From the NCBI GenBank assembly GCA_963740355.1, contig CAVUDW010000003.1, forward strand, positions 1,088,001 to 1,152,000: a stretch of 64,000 nt of DNA, written 5' to 3'. Origin of the DNA: an uncultured Gemmatimonadaceae bacterium (GTDB lineage Bacteria > Gemmatimonadota > Gemmatimonadetes > Gemmatimonadales > Gemmatimonadaceae). Positions 20,517 through 37,910 of this stretch are shown here, in pieces. The notes below the pieces were generated by a model. That model searched no databases. It was not told the origin of the DNA and saw nothing but the letters and a program-made list of their open reading frames with translations. Positions within the stretch are counted from its first letter, which is position 1; each line of letters starts with the position of its first letter. A program made the translations under genes and the position numbers.

Positions 20517-22998
20517 CTATCGTCCGCGCACTGCTTCGGCTGCGGACATGCGAGTTGGGCCGGGATAGGGGACGGCCTGCCCCTTGATCGTGTACCAGAG
20601 AATGCGGTTGAAGAGGTCTTCCTCGGCCACGTCTTCATAGCGCAGGTCGAGCTTGCGTGACTCGATGGCGCCGGTGCCGCGCGGTGGGTTCTTCTGCGTC
20701 AGGCTCTGGGCTGGCGTGATCGCGGCATAGGGGCGCACGTCGGGTGCCGTGCGCCAGATCTCGCGCAACGGCCGACCGTAGTGATCGTACGGCGACAGCG
20801 CATCAAGGCCGAGCAGTGTCTCCATCGTCGCCATCACATCGGTGGTGTTGACGAAGCGATGCTGCGCGTCGGAACGGACCCACGGGGACACGACAAGCAA
20901 CAGCGAGCGATGTGAATCCACGTGATCGGGGCCGGCCTGCGCATCATCCTCGAGGATGAAGACCGCGGTGCTCTCCCAGAACTTCGTCTTCGACAACGCC
21001 TCGATGATGCGGCCGAGTGCGAGATCGTTGTCGGCGAAGTGTGCTTGCGGTGTTGGCTTGCCTGCGGAGGCGCCCGACGTGTGATCGTTGGGAAGTCGAA
21101 GGATCTGGAGCTGCGGCATCTCGCCCTTGCTCACGAATCCGCCAAGCTCCTTGATCCACACGTCGGCGCGGCGCTGATCCTGGATGTCGAGGTTGTAGCC
21201 AGGGAAATCCTTGCTGGTGTTGGCGACCAGGAACGGCTTCACGCCGCGATAGCCGGCCGGAGCATTTTCGTTCTCGCCTTCCGGCGCCACGAATTCACCG
21301 AAGTTGCGGAAGGTGATGCCCTTCTTCTTCGCGAGGTCCCAGAGATAGCCATTGGCCGGCTCCGCGGCATCGTCATCGCCGTCGTCGGAGGGCACGCGAC
21401 CACGATTTGTGCCCTCGTAGTCGTAGGATCGACCACGGCCCGAGTAGTTCGACGGCACGGTCTTCTGCGTGTAATCGGTGGTGTACGCGGCAGTGCTCCA
21501 GTTGTGGCCGTCCGCACTCACTTCCGCGTTGACGAAGAACCGATCGTAGAGGCCGAATCGCTCGGCGAGCGCGTGATGGTTCGGTGACGACGTCGTCGGA
21601 AAGAACATCAGCGTCGTGTCGCCATCGCCCTGCTTCATGTCGGAGAACACCTGGTCGTAGGTGCGATTCTCCTTGATGATGTAGATCACATGCTTGATCG
21701 GCGGCATGTTGTTGGCGACCGTCGGCGAATCCCAGTTGTTGGCGCGCGCGACACGGCCGGACAAGGCGGCCAGTGTGGGTTCGGCCAACGTAGACACCGC
21801 AAGTCTGGTGATGGTGCCGTTGATCTGCCCCGACGTGTAGTTGGTGGCGCGATTCTCGAGGCCAGTTGTTGCACCGGGTTGCGGCAGCTTCGGATTGGGC
21901 GCCGTTCCGCGGCCCTTGGCGTCGATCACGTGAAGGGTGTCGCCGACCAGCAGGATCGACGCCGGATACCAGCCCACCGGTGCGCGGCCGAGCAGCGAGT
22001 CGCGCGGGGCTGTGGCCTCAGAGACTGCCGGCAGTCTTCGCGCCGAGCGCGAACACGGCCACCGCATTATTGTCGCCTTCTGTTACGAATAGCCGCGAAC
22101 CATCGCGCGAGAGCACCAGTCCGATCGGTGCGCTACCCTGGCCGAGGTTCGCGGGTGTCGGATCCTTGAGTGTGGCGATCACGGTGCGCGTCTTCGTGTC
22201 CACCACGCTGATCGCGTCGGTCGATGCCGATGCGACGAAGAGCCGGGCACCGTCGGCGCTGAGCAGCAGCGTCGAGGGATGCCGGGCGACGGCGATCGGC
22301 GGCAACGGCGCGAGCACGCCGGCCGTCGCTACGAAGGGATGCACACTGGTGGTGCCCCAGCTCGAGACGAACACTTTGTCGTCAGCACCGACGGCCACGC
22401 CGTATGGGTATCGGCCTGCGGCCAGACGCTGCACCACCTTGCCCGACGCGAGGTCGACCACGGCCAACGAGTCCGCCAGATTCTCCGCGACATACAGCAT
22501 CTTGCCGTCGCGACTTGGCGCGAGACCCGCCGGATAGCTGCTGCCGTTGCTGCGTGGGCTGGGGCGACTGCGAATGATCAGCGAATCACGCAGTGTGAGC
22601 TTGTCGACGTTCCAGTCGTAGCGATACACGACATCGGTGTTGCCACCTGACGCATAGACGGTTTTGCCATCGGGCGAATACGCGAGTCCGATGAACGCGG
22701 CCGGTTGATCGAGCGTCTGTGTGACCTTGCCCGTCCGCCGGCTCACCACCTGCACACCTTGTTGCCGCCATCCGTTGAGCAGCAGCAGGATGTGCGAAGA
22801 GTCAGGCGAGAGCACTGCGGCAAGGGGAAGCGAGCCGACGTCGGTGCGCGGGCCGGCAGGATCCAGCCGCACACCGGTCGGCAGCCGCTGCGGCACCTTG
22901 GGTTCCGCTATTTCGGCGGAGGGCGTGTTTTTGCAGCCGGAGATGGCGGCCGCGACAAGAGCGGCCTGAAGCAGGCGGGAGACGGTGTGCGAGGGCAT
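20517..22998 (-). pseudogene. YncE-like beta-propeller/phosphoesterase (alkaline-phosphatase-like) lipoprotein, frameshifted near 22026
   Basis: The lipobox AISGC and YVTN-like repeats (22018-22998) continue in another frame as the phosphoesterase domain (IKHVIYIIKENRTYD, DGHNW, LPNDHT, EDDAQAGPDHVDSHRS); removing one base joins them. Could be an assembly error. Confidence 0.8.
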
Positions 22999-23130
22999 GC
23001 TGAAATGTGTATCAGGCGCGTTTTCACTGCATGGCCGCATCATCATTTCCGCTCACTTCAGCGCTCCTCTCGCCACGGTATTACTCCTTCGCCGTGACGC
23101 TCCTGTGACGGGGTCCGGTAGGCTCGTCGC

Positions 23131-23718
23131 ATGGCACATCTCTCATCCGCCTCGCCGAGCAGCTCTCCAGTGTCGTACACGGCAGCGCTATTGTCCGCCG
23201 AAGACCTTCAGGCGAATCCAGTGCCGAACAAGAGTGTCGAGCTCGTGGCTGGCCGCCTCGTCGTGCGCGAGCCACCAGGTTTTCAGCATGGCGTTGTAGT
23301 TGCGCGCATGCTCGTCGCGATCGCCAATCATGCAAGCGATCATTCGCTTGGTGCGGTGCTGTCAGCTGAGACAGGATTCACCTTGTTCCGGAACCCGGAC
23401 ACAGTCCGTGCGCCTGACGTCGCATTCATTTCTGCAGCTCGGCTGCCTGTTGAACGGATCATCGGGTATCCGGAGTTTGCGCCCGATCTCGTGGTGGAAG
23501 TCTTGTCGCCTTCCGATCGCGCCGGGCGGGTGCTCGCGAAGGTTGGCGACTGGATCGACGCCGGTACGCAACTGGTCTGGGTGGTGGATCCCGAGCGTCG
23601 TGTCGCCCGCGTGTATCGCATCGACGGGAGCGAATCCGTTCTGACGGCGAATGACGCCTTCGACGGCGAGGATGTCCTGCCGGGGTTGGTCATTTCGATC
23701 GCGGCCATGCTCGACTGA
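23131..23718 (+). CDS. Uma2 family (PD-(D/E)XK) putative endonuclease
   Basis: ELVAG, VRAPDVAF, APDLVVEVLSPSD, VWVVDP. Confidence 0.92.
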   Translation: MAHLSSASPSSSPVSYTAALLSAEDLQANPVPNKSVELVAGRLVVREPPGFQHGVVVARMLVAIANHASDHSLGAVLSAETGFTLFRNPDTVRAPDVAFISAARLPVERIIGYPEFAPDLVVEVLSPSDRAGRVLAKVGDWIDAGTQLVWVVDPERRVARVYRIDGSESVLTANDAFDGEDVLPGLVISIAAMLD

Positions 23719-23728
23719 GATGTGCGGC

Positions 23729-23948
23729 GATCAAGATCTCTGACCACGCCGATCAAGATCTCCGACCCCTTGATCAGAGGCTAACCCTTGCGCGGACATG
23801 ACCTTAGCCCGGGAAAACGCCGATCAAGGGGTCTGACCCCTTGATCAGAGGCTAACCCTCGCGCGGACATGACCTTAGCCATGGAAAACGCCGAGCAAGG
23901 GGTCTGACCCCTTGATCGGAGCTTAACGCCATACGGGGCAACGCTTTA
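23729..23948. repeat. Modular intergenic repeat, locus 3 (tandem 71-bp units)
   Basis: Arms at 23751, 23822 and 23893 (period 71 bp) plus a partial arm at 23729; boxes at 23782-23806, 23853-23877 and 23924-23948. Confidence 0.92.
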
Positions 23949-23977
23949 CGCTGCGTTTTTGCTGTACGCCCAGCGCC

Positions 23978-24017
23978 ACAAACAAAACGGCCCGGAGCAT
24001 TTCGCCCCGGGCCGTTT
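23978..24017 (-). terminator. Intrinsic terminator after rpoC
   Basis: Minus strand AAACGGCCCGGGGC-GAAAT-GCTCCGGGCCGTTT followed by TGTTTGT. Confidence 0.85.
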
Positions 24018-24044
24018 GTCCATCAGACTGCAACCTGCCGCGTC

Positions 24045-27000
24045 TTACTCCTCGTCGGCCACCGCTGCTGCCGCAACCGGCATCGACAGCGGGGTGACAG
24101 CGGGCGGCTCGAGGTACGACGCACTGGCGTCGTACGGGTTCTCGGGCGCCGGCGGCGGCTCCATACCATCGATCTCGACATCGTTGTATCGGTACATACC
24201 CGTGCCTGCCGGGATGAGGTGACCGATGATGATGTTCTCCTTGAGGCCGAGCAGGTCGTCCTGCGAACCGCGGATCGCGGCATCGGTGAGGACTCGTGTC
24301 GTCTCCTGGAAGCTGGCGGCCGAGATGAACGACTGCGTCGTCAACGACGCCTTCGTGATACCCAGCAGCAGCGGCTCGGCCTGCGACGGCGTCTTGCCAT
24401 TGCCTTCGACGACCAGGTTTTCCGCCAGCCAGATCGCGCGCTCCACGTGCTCCCCTTCCAGGAATTCCGTGTCGCCGCTCTCCGAGATCCGAACCTTCTG
24501 CAACATCTGACGCACGATCACGCCGATGTGCTTGTCATTGATCTTCACGCCCTGCAGACGGTAGACCTCCTGCACTTCATTCAGGAGGTACTCCTGCACC
24601 GCGCGCGGACCCTTAATCGCGAGGATGTCGTGCGGATTGACCGGGCCTTCCGACAGTCGGTCGCCAGCGCGCACGCGGTCACCCTCGTGCACTCGGAGAT
24701 GCTTGCCGGACGGCACTTCGTACTGCTTCGGCTCCGCTGACTCGACTTCCGTCCACCCAGTCTTCGGATCGGCCGGGTACACGCGAATCTCACGCTTGCC
24801 GCGCTTGATGTCGCCGAACCGCACCACACCGTCGATCTCGGTGATCGTTGCCGGATCCTTTGGACGACGTGCCTCGAACAACTCGGCCACGCGCGGCAGA
24901 CCACCCGTGATGTCGCGCGTCTTGTAGGCCTCGCGGTTCACCTTGGCGATGATCGTACCGGCACTGATCGTCTGCTCGTCCTTCACTTCCAGCTTCGCGC
25001 CCACCGGCACCACGAAGTCGCGGATACGCTGGCCCTTGGCATCGATGATCTCGATGTGCGGATGCAGCTTCTTGTCGCGATCCTCGATGACGCGGCGTTC
25101 GCGCATGCCGGTCAACTCGTCCAGCTCGTCCGACATCGACTCGTCCTCGACGAGGTCCACGAAGCGGACCACACCGCTGACGTCCACGATGATCGGGTTC
25201 GAGTACGGATCCCAGCTGAAGATGGTGTCGTCCTTCTTCACCACCTGACCATCAGCCACCATCAGCTCGGCGCCGAGCGGCACCAGCAGACGAGCGCCGA
25301 CGCCATAGCTGGCATCTGCAGAACCCTTGATCGTGAGCTCGCCTTCGTACGAGGTGACGATCGTCTTGCCGTCCTTGTCCGTCACGAACGTGAGGCGATC
25401 GCCGAACTCGACGACACCCGGCACCTTCGTCTTCTTCACCGTGTTTTCGGCGATACGAGCAGCAGCACCACCGATGTGGAAGGTGCGCAGCGTGAGCTGC
25501 GTACCCGGCTCACCGATCGACTGTGCGGCGATGATGCCCACCGCTTCGCCAAGGTCCACCACCGCCATCGTGGCCAGGTTGCGACCGTAGCACATGCGGC
25601 AGAGACCGCGCTTGCTCTCACAGGTGAGAACGGAGCGGATCTTCACCTTCTCGATGCTCGACTCCTCGATGACCTTGGCCATGTCTTCGTCGATCATCAT
25701 GCCGGCTTCGACCAGCAGCTTCGGACGGCCGCTGTCGTCGCGCTCGAACGGATCGTACACATCCTCACCAGCGAAGCTGCCAACGATGCGCTCGCTGAGC
25801 GACTCGATCACGTCTTCGCCTTCCTTCAGCGCTTCGGCGTCGATACCCAGCAGCGTACCGCAATCTTCCTCGGCAATCGTCACGTCCTGTGCGACGTCGC
25901 AGAGACGACGCGTCAGGTAGCCGGCGTCTGCCGTCTTCAGTGCGGTGTCGGCGAGACCCTTACGGGCACCGTGCGTCGAGATGAAGTACTCGTGCACCGA
26001 CAGGCCTTCACGGAAGTTCGACTTGATCGGGCTTTCGATGATTTCGCCGAGACCACCGGTGAGCTTCTTCTGCGGCTTCGCCATCAGGCCGCGCATACCG
26101 GCGAGCTGACGGATCTGGTCGCGTGAACCACGCGCGCCGGAGTCGAACATCATGAACACGGGGTTGAACCCGCCCTGTGAGGCGCGCATGGCATCGACCA
26201 TCGAGTTGGCGATGTCGGTGTTCGCGTGCGTCCAGGTGTCGATGACTTTGTTGTAGCGCTCGCCGTTCGTGATGTTGCCCGTCTGGTAGGCGCGCTGGAA
26301 GCGATCCACTCGCTCACCCGCTTCCTTCAGCAACTCTTCCTTCTCCTTAGGGATGTGCAGGTCTTCGATGCCGATGGACACGCCGGAACGCGTCGCATTG
26401 GTGAAGCCGAACTCCTTCAGGCGGTCGAGGAACATCACGGTCTCGGCCAAACCGGCGCGACGGTAGCTCTCGAACACGAGCTCACCGAGCACCTTCTTCT
26501 TCATGTCCTTGTTCTGGAAGCCAAGCGCCTTCGGCACGATCGCGTTGAACAACACGCGGCCGGCGGTCGTGGTCACCCACGCGCCTTCGTACATATAGCG
26601 AATGACATCCTTGCGAATCAGCTTGCCGAGGGTCAGCGCCGTCTCGACGTCAGCATGTGCGCTGAAGTGCTTGAGGGCGTTGAACTTCTTCGGATCCTTG
26701 GCGGTCTGGTCGAAGTCGGCCGGAGCCTTGGTTGCGACGTAGCAGCCGAGCACGATGTCCTGTGACGGCTCCGCCACCGGACGACCGTCGGCCGGCTTGA
26801 GGATGTTGTTGGACGACAGCATGAGCACACGCGCCTCGATCTGTGCCTCGAACGAGAGCGGCACGTGCACGGCCATCTGGTCACCGTCGAAGTCGGCGTT
26901 GAACGCCGCGCAGACGAGCGGGTGAATACGAATGGCCTTGCCTTCCACGAGCACCGGCTCGAACGCCTGGATGCCCAGACGGTGCAGCGTCGGTGCGCGG

Positions 27001-28349
27001 TTCAGCAGCACCGGGTGGTCGCGGATGATCTCCTCGAGGATTTCGTACACCTCGGGGCTTTCGCGCTCCACGATCTTCTTGGCGCGCTTGACCGTCTCGG
27101 CAATGCCCTTGTCGACCAGCTTGTGGATGATGAACGGCTTGAAGAGTTCCAGCGCCATCGCCTTCGGCAGACCGCACTGGTGCAGCTTCAGTTCCGGACC
27201 GACCACGATGACCGAGCGGCCGGAATAGTCCACGCGCTTGCCGAGCAGGTTCTGACGGAACCGGCCCTGCTTGCCCTTCAGCATGTCCGACAGCGACTTC
27301 AGCGGACGCTTGCCACGACCACGGATCGCCTTCGAGCGACGACCGTTGTCGAACAATGCGTCGACGGCTTCCTGCAGCATGCGCTTTTCGTTCCGGAGAA
27401 TGACTTCCGGGGCGCGATGCAGGATCAGCTTCTGCAGACGGTTGTTGCGGTTGATGACGCGACGATACAGGTCGTTCAGGTCGGACGTCGCGAAGCGGCC
27501 GCCATCAAGCGGGACGAGTGGACGCAGGTCCGGCGGGAGCACCGGAATCACGTCCATGATCATCCACTCAGGACGGTTGCGCTGCTCGCCGTTTTCACCC
27601 GAGTTACGGAATGCATCGACGATCTTGAGGCGCTTCAGCATCTGCTTCTTGCGATGCTGGCTCGTCTCGGTGGTCAGCGACAGGCGCAGCGAGTCCGCCA
27701 GCGTATCGACATCGAGACGCTTGAGGAGTTCACGCACGGCCGGCGCGCCGATGTCGGCCAGGAACGCGGTGTCACCCTGTTCCTTGGCCCGCATCCGCAG
27801 GTCGAGATATTCGTCTTCATTGAGCAGCTGGTTCGCACGCACTTCCTGCGAACCCGGGTCAATGCAGATGTAGTTGCTGTAGTAGATCACCTTCTCGAGG
27901 TCACGCAGGGTGACGTCGATCAGGTTGCCCATCGGGGACGGCAGGGTCTTGAAGAACCAGATGTGCGCAACCGGCACGGCCAGTTCGATGTGACCCATGC
28001 GCTCGCGCCGGACCTTTGCGAGCGTGACTTCCACGCCGCAACGGTCACAGATCACGCCGCGATAACGAATCCGCTTGTACTTGCCGCAATGGCATTCCCA
28101 GTCCTTGACGGGACCAAAGATGCGCTCGCAGAAGAGACCGTCCTTTTCCGGCTTGAAGCTGCGGTAGTTGATGGTCTCGGGCTTGGTGACCTCACCCCAT
28201 GACCACCACGTGCGCAGACCCGTGAGCTCGAGACGCTCGCGTTCCTTCGGATCCTTCGGACCGCGGATCTCCTCCGGAGAGGCGATCCGGATCCGGATAT
28301 AGTCAAAGCTGGACGCGCGGGCTTCGCGCGCATTTCGGAAGTCAATCAT
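24045..28349 (-). CDS. rpoC: RNA polymerase beta' subunit
   Basis: [13 protein letters not shown] catalytic motif, zinc-finger Cys motifs; ATG 4 nt after the rpoB stop. Confidence 0.99.
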   Translation of the reverse strand: MIDFRNAREARASSFDYIRIRIASPEEIRGPKDPKERERLELTGLRTWWSWGEVTKPETINYRSFKPEKDGLFCERIFGPVKDWECHCGKYKRIRYRGVICDRCGVEVTLAKVRRERMGHIELAVPVAHIWFFKTLPSPMGNLIDVTLRDLEKVIYYSNYICIDPGSQEVRANQLLNEDEYLDLRMRAKEQGDTAFLADIGAPAVRELLKRLDVDTLADSLRLSLTTETSQHRKKQMLKRLKIVDAFRNSGENGEQRNRPEWMIMDVIPVLPPDLRPLVPLDGGRFATSDLNDLYRRVINRNNRLQKLILHRAPEVILRNEKRMLQEAVDALFDNGRRSKAIRGRGKRPLKSLSDMLKGKQGRFRQNLLGKRVDYSGRSVIVVGPELKLHQCGLPKAMALELFKPFIIHKLVDKGIAETVKRAKKIVERESPEVYEILEEIIRDHPVLLNRAPTLHRLGIQAFEPVLVEGKAIRIHPLVCAAFNADFDGDQMAVHVPLSFEAQIEARVLMLSSNNILKPADGRPVAEPSQDIVLGCYVATKAPADFDQTAKDPKKFNALKHFSAHADVETALTLGKLIRKDVIRYMYEGAWVTTTAGRVLFNAIVPKALGFQNKDMKKKVLGELVFESYRRAGLAETVMFLDRLKEFGFTNATRSGVSIGIEDLHIPKEKEELLKEAGERVDRFQRAYQTGNITNGERYNKVIDTWTHANTDIANSMVDAMRASQGGFNPVFMMFDSGARGSRDQIRQLAGMRGLMAKPQKKLTGGLGEIIESPIKSNFREGLSVHEYFISTHGARKGLADTALKTADAGYLTRRLCDVAQDVTIAEEDCGTLLGIDAEALKEGEDVIESLSERIVGSFAGEDVYDPFERDDSGRPKLLVEAGMMIDEDMAKVIEESSIEKVKIRSVLTCESKRGLCRMCYGRNLATMAVVDLGEAVGIIAAQSIGEPGTQLTLRTFHIGGAAARIAENTVKKTKVPGVVEFGDRLTFVTDKDGKTIVTSYEGELTIKGSADASYGVGARLLVPLGAELMVADGQVVKKDDTIFSWDPYSNPIIVDVSGVVRFVDLVEDESMSDELDELTGMRERRVIEDRDKKLHPHIEIIDAKGQRIRDFVVPVGAKLEVKDEQTISAGTIIAKVNREAYKTRDITGGLPRVAELFEARRPKDPATITEIDGVVRFGDIKRGKREIRVYPADPKTGWTEVESAEPKQYEVPSGKHLRVHEGDRVRAGDRLSEGPVNPHDILAIKGPRAVQEYLLNEVQEVYRLQGVKINDKHIGVIVRQMLQKVRISESGDTEFLEGEHVERAIWLAENLVVEGNGKTPSQAEPLLLGITKASLTTQSFISAASFQETTRVLTDAAIRGSQDDLLGLKENIIIGHLIPAGTGMYRYNDVEIDGMEPPPAPENPYDASASYLEPPAVTPLSMPVAAAAVADEE

Positions 28350-28353
28350 CGGC

Positions 28354-33009
<4,656 letters not shown>

Positions 33010-33029
33010 CTCTCACCCGCACGCAGGCG

Positions 33030-33085
33030 AAAAGCGCCACGCCCCCGCAGCGACCGAAAAGTTTCGGCGACGCGGGGTTGTGGCG
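33030..33085 (-). terminator. Putative attenuator/terminator between rplL and rpoB
   Basis: Long GC stem CGCCAC..CCCCGC...GCGGGGGCGTGGCG followed by CTTTT, just upstream of rpoB. Confidence 0.55.
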
Positions 33086-33292
33086 GGAAACTGCAGGGAA
33101 GGACCAGCGGAATTGGCAGTCAGCACGATCGTCCGGAGAGTCAAGTGACACCGTCGGTTGGGACCGGGATAGCCCGGAGGACCGAACGGCGGCGGGACGA
33201 CCCCTTCATCGGGCATCGATTCCAGTCCAGCAAGAGCAAACGCGTGAAACTGGAATCGAGTGCCTTCAGTCGAGGTCGTTACCCCGCCAGCG

Positions 33293-33673
33293 TCACTTGA
33301 CTTCGACGACTGCGCCTTCTGCTTCGAGCTTTGCCTTGATGGCGGCTGCGTCGTCCTTGGTGGCTCCACCCTTGACTTCCTTCGGGGCGGCTTCGACCAG
33401 ATCCTTCGCTTCCTTCAGGCCCAGGCCGGTGATTTCGCGAACCACCTTGATGACCTGGATCTTCTTCGCGCCAGCTTCCTTCAGCACGACCGAGAATTCG
33501 GTCTGCTCTTCGACAGCGGCGGCGGGGCCGGCACCGGCAGCGGCCGGAGCGGCAGCAGCGATGGTGACGTTGAACTTTTCCTTGAATGCTTCGACCAGCT
33601 CGGACAGCTCGATGACCGACATGCCGCCGATCGCGTCGAGGATCTCGTCCTTGCTCAGGGTGCTATTCGCCAT
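33293..33673 (-). CDS. rplL: 50S ribosomal protein L7/L12
   Basis: [25 protein letters not shown]. Confidence 0.99.
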   Translation of the reverse strand: MANSTLSKDEILDAIGGMSVIELSELVEAFKEKFNVTIAAAAPAAAGAGPAAAVEEQTEFSVVLKEAGAKKIQVIKVVREITGLGLKEAKDLVEAAPKEVKGGATKDDAAAIKAKLEAEGAVVEVK

Positions 33674-33747
33674 TTCTCAAATCTCCGTCGTGGTTCCCAG
33701 GCGACGCTGACTGCGCGCCGGGTGCGTGAAAATCGGTACGCCTGGGA

Positions 33748-34242
33748 TCAGGCAGTTGCGGTGGCGCCTTCGCGCTCCGCCTTCAGGGCTTCGAGGGCAC
33801 CCAACATGGCTCCGAGCGGAGCCTGCAGAGCACCGGCCAACATCGAGAGGAGCACATCGCGTGGCGGAATGGCTGCCAGCTTCGCGACCATCTTCGCATC
33901 GACTTCCTTGCCCTCGTACACCCCGCCCTTCACTTCGGGCTTCTGGTCGTTCGCCTTCGCGAAGTCGGTGAGCACCTTGGCCGCCATCAAGGCGTCCTTG
34001 CCCACCACGATCCCGGTCGGACCCTTCAACTTGGTCGACACGAGGCCTGACTCCGACACGGCCCGCAATGCGAGCGTGTTCTTGATGACCACGTACTCCA
34101 CGCCGGCTGCACGCAGCTTGCGACGGAGGTCGGTCATCCGCTTCACGTTCAGTCCCGTGAAGTCGGTGTAGTACAGCGCCGCAGCGCCGCTGATCTTTTC
34201 CCGCAGCTCGACGACGAGCTGTTCCTTTTCGGATCGCTTCAT
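33748..34242 (-). CDS. rplJ: 50S ribosomal protein L10
   Basis: DFTGLNVKRMTDLRRKLR, VIKNTLA; position in the operon. Confidence 0.97.
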   Translation of the reverse strand: MKRSEKEQLVVELREKISGAAALYYTDFTGLNVKRMTDLRRKLRAAGVEYVVIKNTLALRAVSESGLVSTKLKGPTGIVVGKDALMAAKVLTDFAKANDQKPEVKGGVYEGKEVDAKMVAKLAAIPPRDVLLSMLAGALQAPLGAMLGALEALKAEREGATATA

Positions 34243-34248
34243 GTCGTG

Positions 34249-34938
34249 TTACCGGTAGGGATTGGGATCGACAAGCACGCCCGGGCCCATCGTGCTCGAG
34301 ACCGAGATGGTGCGGACGTACACACCCTTGGCCGCGCTGGGCTTGGAACGCACTACCTGATCGATGAAGGCCGAGAAATTCTGTTCCAGCGCTTCAATCG
34401 CAAACGAGACCTTGCCGATCGGGACGTGCACATTGCCGCCCTTGTCGACGCGGAACTCGATACGGCCGGCCTTCGTCTCCTTCACCGCGCGAGCGACATC
34501 GAACGTGACGGTGCCGGTCTTCGGATTCGGCATCAGGCCACGGGGCCCGAGCACGCGTCCAAGCTGACCGACCTGACCCATCTGGTCCGGCGTTGCAATC
34601 ATCACGTCGAAGTCGAGGAAGCCGTCCTTGATCTTCTGGATGTACTCGATACCGACGAGGTCAGCGCCAGCCGCTTCGGCTTCCGCTGCCTTCGGACCGG
34701 CCGCAATCACGAGGACGCGAACGGTCTTGCCGGTGCCGGCAGGCAGCACGACTGTGCCGCGCACCAGCTGATCCGCATGCCGCGGATCGACACCAAGGCG
34801 CACGACGACTTCGACGGTCTCGTCGAACTTCGCGAATGCGCCGGCCTTCACTGCTTCCAACGCGGCGCGCGAGGCGTATGCCTGCGTGGCGTTGATCTTG
34901 GCCGCAGCGGCCTTGAACTTCTTGCCATGAGCGCGCAT
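34249..34938 (-). CDS. rplA: 50S ribosomal protein L1
   Basis: [29 protein letters not shown]. Confidence 0.99.
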   Translation of the reverse strand: MRAHGKKFKAAAAKINATQAYASRAALEAVKAGAFAKFDETVEVVVRLGVDPRHADQLVRGTVVLPAGTGKTVRVLVIAAGPKAAEAEAAGADLVGIEYIQKIKDGFLDFDVMIATPDQMGQVGQLGRVLGPRGLMPNPKTGTVTFDVARAVKETKAGRIEFRVDKGGNVHVPIGKVSFAIEALEQNFSAFIDQVVRSKPSAAKGVYVRTISVSSTMGPGVLVDPNPYR

Positions 34939-35360
34939 CAGCCCTTGACCTCCACACCCATCGAGCGTGCTGCACCAGCCATCATCTTGATGGCCGACTC
35001 AATGGTGTCGCAGTTCAGGTCCGGCATCTTGATCTCCGCAATCTTGCGCAGCTGAGCCGTGCTGATGGAACCCACCTTGGTCTTGTTCGGCGCGCCTGAC
35101 CCGCTCGCCAAACCCAACTCCTTCTTGATCAGGATCGCCGCAGGCGGCGTCTTGAGGATGAAGGTGAAGGACTTGTCGCCGTAGATCGTCACTTCGACCG
35201 GGAGAATCGTATCCTGGCCCTGCGTCCGAGCGTTGAACTCTTTGCAGAACCCCATGATGTTGATTCCCTGGGGGCCGAGCGCCGTACCTACTGGAGGGGC
35301 CGGCGTCGCCTTGCCTGCAGGGATCTGCAGTTTGACGAATCCGGTGACCTTCTTGGCCAT
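34938..35360 (-). CDS. rplK: 50S ribosomal protein L11
   Basis: [29 protein letters not shown]. Confidence 0.99.
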   Translation of the reverse strand: MAKKVTGFVKLQIPAGKATPAPPVGTALGPQGINIMGFCKEFNARTQGQDTILPVEVTIYGDKSFTFILKTPPAAILIKKELGLASGSGAPNKTKVGSISTAQLRKIAEIKMPDLNCDTIESAIKMMAGAARSMGVEVKG

Positions 35361-35534
35361 CTGTACCTCGCTGACGTTGCGGTGCTGATCCACGCGTGTG
35401 CGACATGCGCACGGTGTAGCACCGGAAACTCCCATGGGGTTTTGCGTCGTCGTGGTCGCCGACGTCCTGCACCTGCCCTGCTCTGTCCTGCTCTACGTCA
35501 CCGCCGTCTCGACTGCTGACGGCGAGGAGCCGTT

Positions 35535-36089
35535 CTAGTAGCCCTTCAACTGCAGGTAGTCGAGTTCGACACTCGTCGGGCGACCGAACAGGCTCACCGA
35601 GACGCGCACCTTGCCCTTGTCCGGCATGACTTCTTCCACGGTGCCGTTGAAATCGGTGAACGGGCCTTCGGTGATCTGAACGGCCTGACCCACCAGGAAG
35701 GGAATCTCCTCGACCGGGGCGGACGCGGCCTTCTCGTCCACGATCCCCAGGAGTCGCTTCACTTCCTCATCCCGCAGCGGCGCCGGCTCCTTGTCCTTGC
35801 CGACGAACTTGATCACGCCCTGAATGCCATTGACGGTGTGCTGGGTGTCCTGATTGACCACCATTTCCACCAGCACATATCCAGGAAACGTCTTCTTCTC
35901 GACTTCCACCTTCTTGCCGTTCTTGACCTCGACCACGGTCTGCGTCGGCACCATCACCTGACGGATCTGACGCTCTTCCGGCGCCGTCGGATCGGTATCG
36001 ATCCGGCGCTGCAGCAGCGTGCGCACCTTGTTCTCGTGGCCGGCGGTGGTCTGCACGGCGTACCAGCGATGACTGGTGGCGGAGAGCAT
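35535..36089 (-). CDS. nusG: Transcription termination/antitermination factor NusG
   Basis: WYAVQT..GHENKV, FPGYVLVEM, KOW domain GPFTDFNG, FGRPTSVEL. Confidence 0.98.
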   Translation of the reverse strand: MLSATSHRWYAVQTTAGHENKVRTLLQRRIDTDPTAPEERQIRQVMVPTQTVVEVKNGKKVEVEKKTFPGYVLVEMVVNQDTQHTVNGIQGVIKFVGKDKEPAPLRDEEVKRLLGIVDEKAASAPVEEIPFLVGQAVQITEGPFTDFNGTVEEVMPDKGKVRVSVSLFGRPTSVELDYLQLKGY

Positions 36090-36094
36090 GGGCA

Positions 36095-36328
36095 CTAGCG
36101 GGCGAAGAGACGGGGGAGCCCAGAAACGAGCACCGCCTGACAGACCAAATCGATGATGCCAATCACGGCGCCGATGAACAGCACCACGACGATGATTCCG
36201 AGCGTGGCCTGACGCACCTGCGGCCAATCAGGCCAGGTGACCTTGCGCATCTCGACCATGACGTCGTTGTAGAACGTCACGAGGCGAGTTGGCAGGCTTG
36301 CACGGGGTGTTTCGACGGCGGTACTCAC
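36095..36328 (-). CDS. secE: Preprotein translocase subunit SecE
   Basis: EMRKVTWP followed by one TM helix; GAAGGAG Shine-Dalgarno; upstream of nusG. Confidence 0.96.
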   Translation of the reverse strand: MSTAVETPRASLPTRLVTFYNDVMVEMRKVTWPDWPQVRQATLGIIVVVLFIGAVIGIIDLVCQAVLVSGLPRLFAR

Positions 36329-36378
36329 GCGGACTGCTCCTTCAGGTCTGAACAGTGGAACCAGCTTGTCCGGGCACG

Positions 36379-36409
36379 AAAGCCGGACTCCGGGAAACGG
36401 AGTCCGGCT
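36379..36409 (-). terminator. Stem-loop/terminator after tuf
   Basis: AGCCGGACTCC-GTTTCCC-GGAGTCCGGCT followed by TT. Confidence 0.6.
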
Positions 36410-36428
36410 CGTACCTCAGTCGTGCGAC

Positions 36429-37622
<1,194 letters not shown>

Positions 37623-37772
37623 GACAGCGCAATCCTGGAATAGAGGTGGTGAAGAAAACGGTCCAGACGGTCGACGCGCGCCAAGGCATGATCCGAGGCT
37701 AGCGCAAGCGGCGGGTCCGCTCGTGCGCCGCATGGCACAAGTCGAATCCGCCGAGGTGGTACAGCCCTACAG

Positions 37773-37845
37773 AGCTCGCAATCGGGATCGAACCGATGAC
37801 CTCATCCTTACCAAGGATGTGCTCTACCGACTGAGCTATGCGAGC
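37773..37845 (-). tRNA. trnT: tRNA-Thr(GGT)
   Basis: Acceptor stem GCTCGCA/TGCGAGC, anticodon arm CATCC-TTGGTAA-GGATG, T-arm ATCGG-TTCGATC-CCGAT; CCA not encoded. Confidence 0.97.
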
Positions 37846-37881
37846 ATGCCCGACGCAGAAGCGGCGCGGGGCAAGTCTGTG

Positions 37882-37910
37882 AAGGTAAGGGGGATGGGTG
37901 TGGGACTCAA
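37882..37910 (-). promoter_or_regulatory. Putative sigma-70 promoter for tRNA-Thr and tuf
   Basis: TTGAGT-N17-TACCTT on the minus strand, 36 nt upstream of the tRNA. Confidence 0.55.

Noticed and set aside
22018..22020. TGA readthrough or selenocysteine in the phosphoesterase gene
   Set aside because: The downstream domain is in a different frame, so readthrough would not join the halves
23729..23948. CRISPR array interpretation of the 25-bp repeats with 46-bp intervals
   Set aside because: The intervals resemble each other, arms occur in both orientations, there are only 3-4 per locus, and no cas genes are in the window
26865..28202. Long antisense ORFs, here and at 36366-37643, 39780-41495, 51315-53078, 54041-55702 and 58335-59966
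   Set aside because: They are shadow frames of well-supported genes in high-GC DNA and show no recognisable motifs
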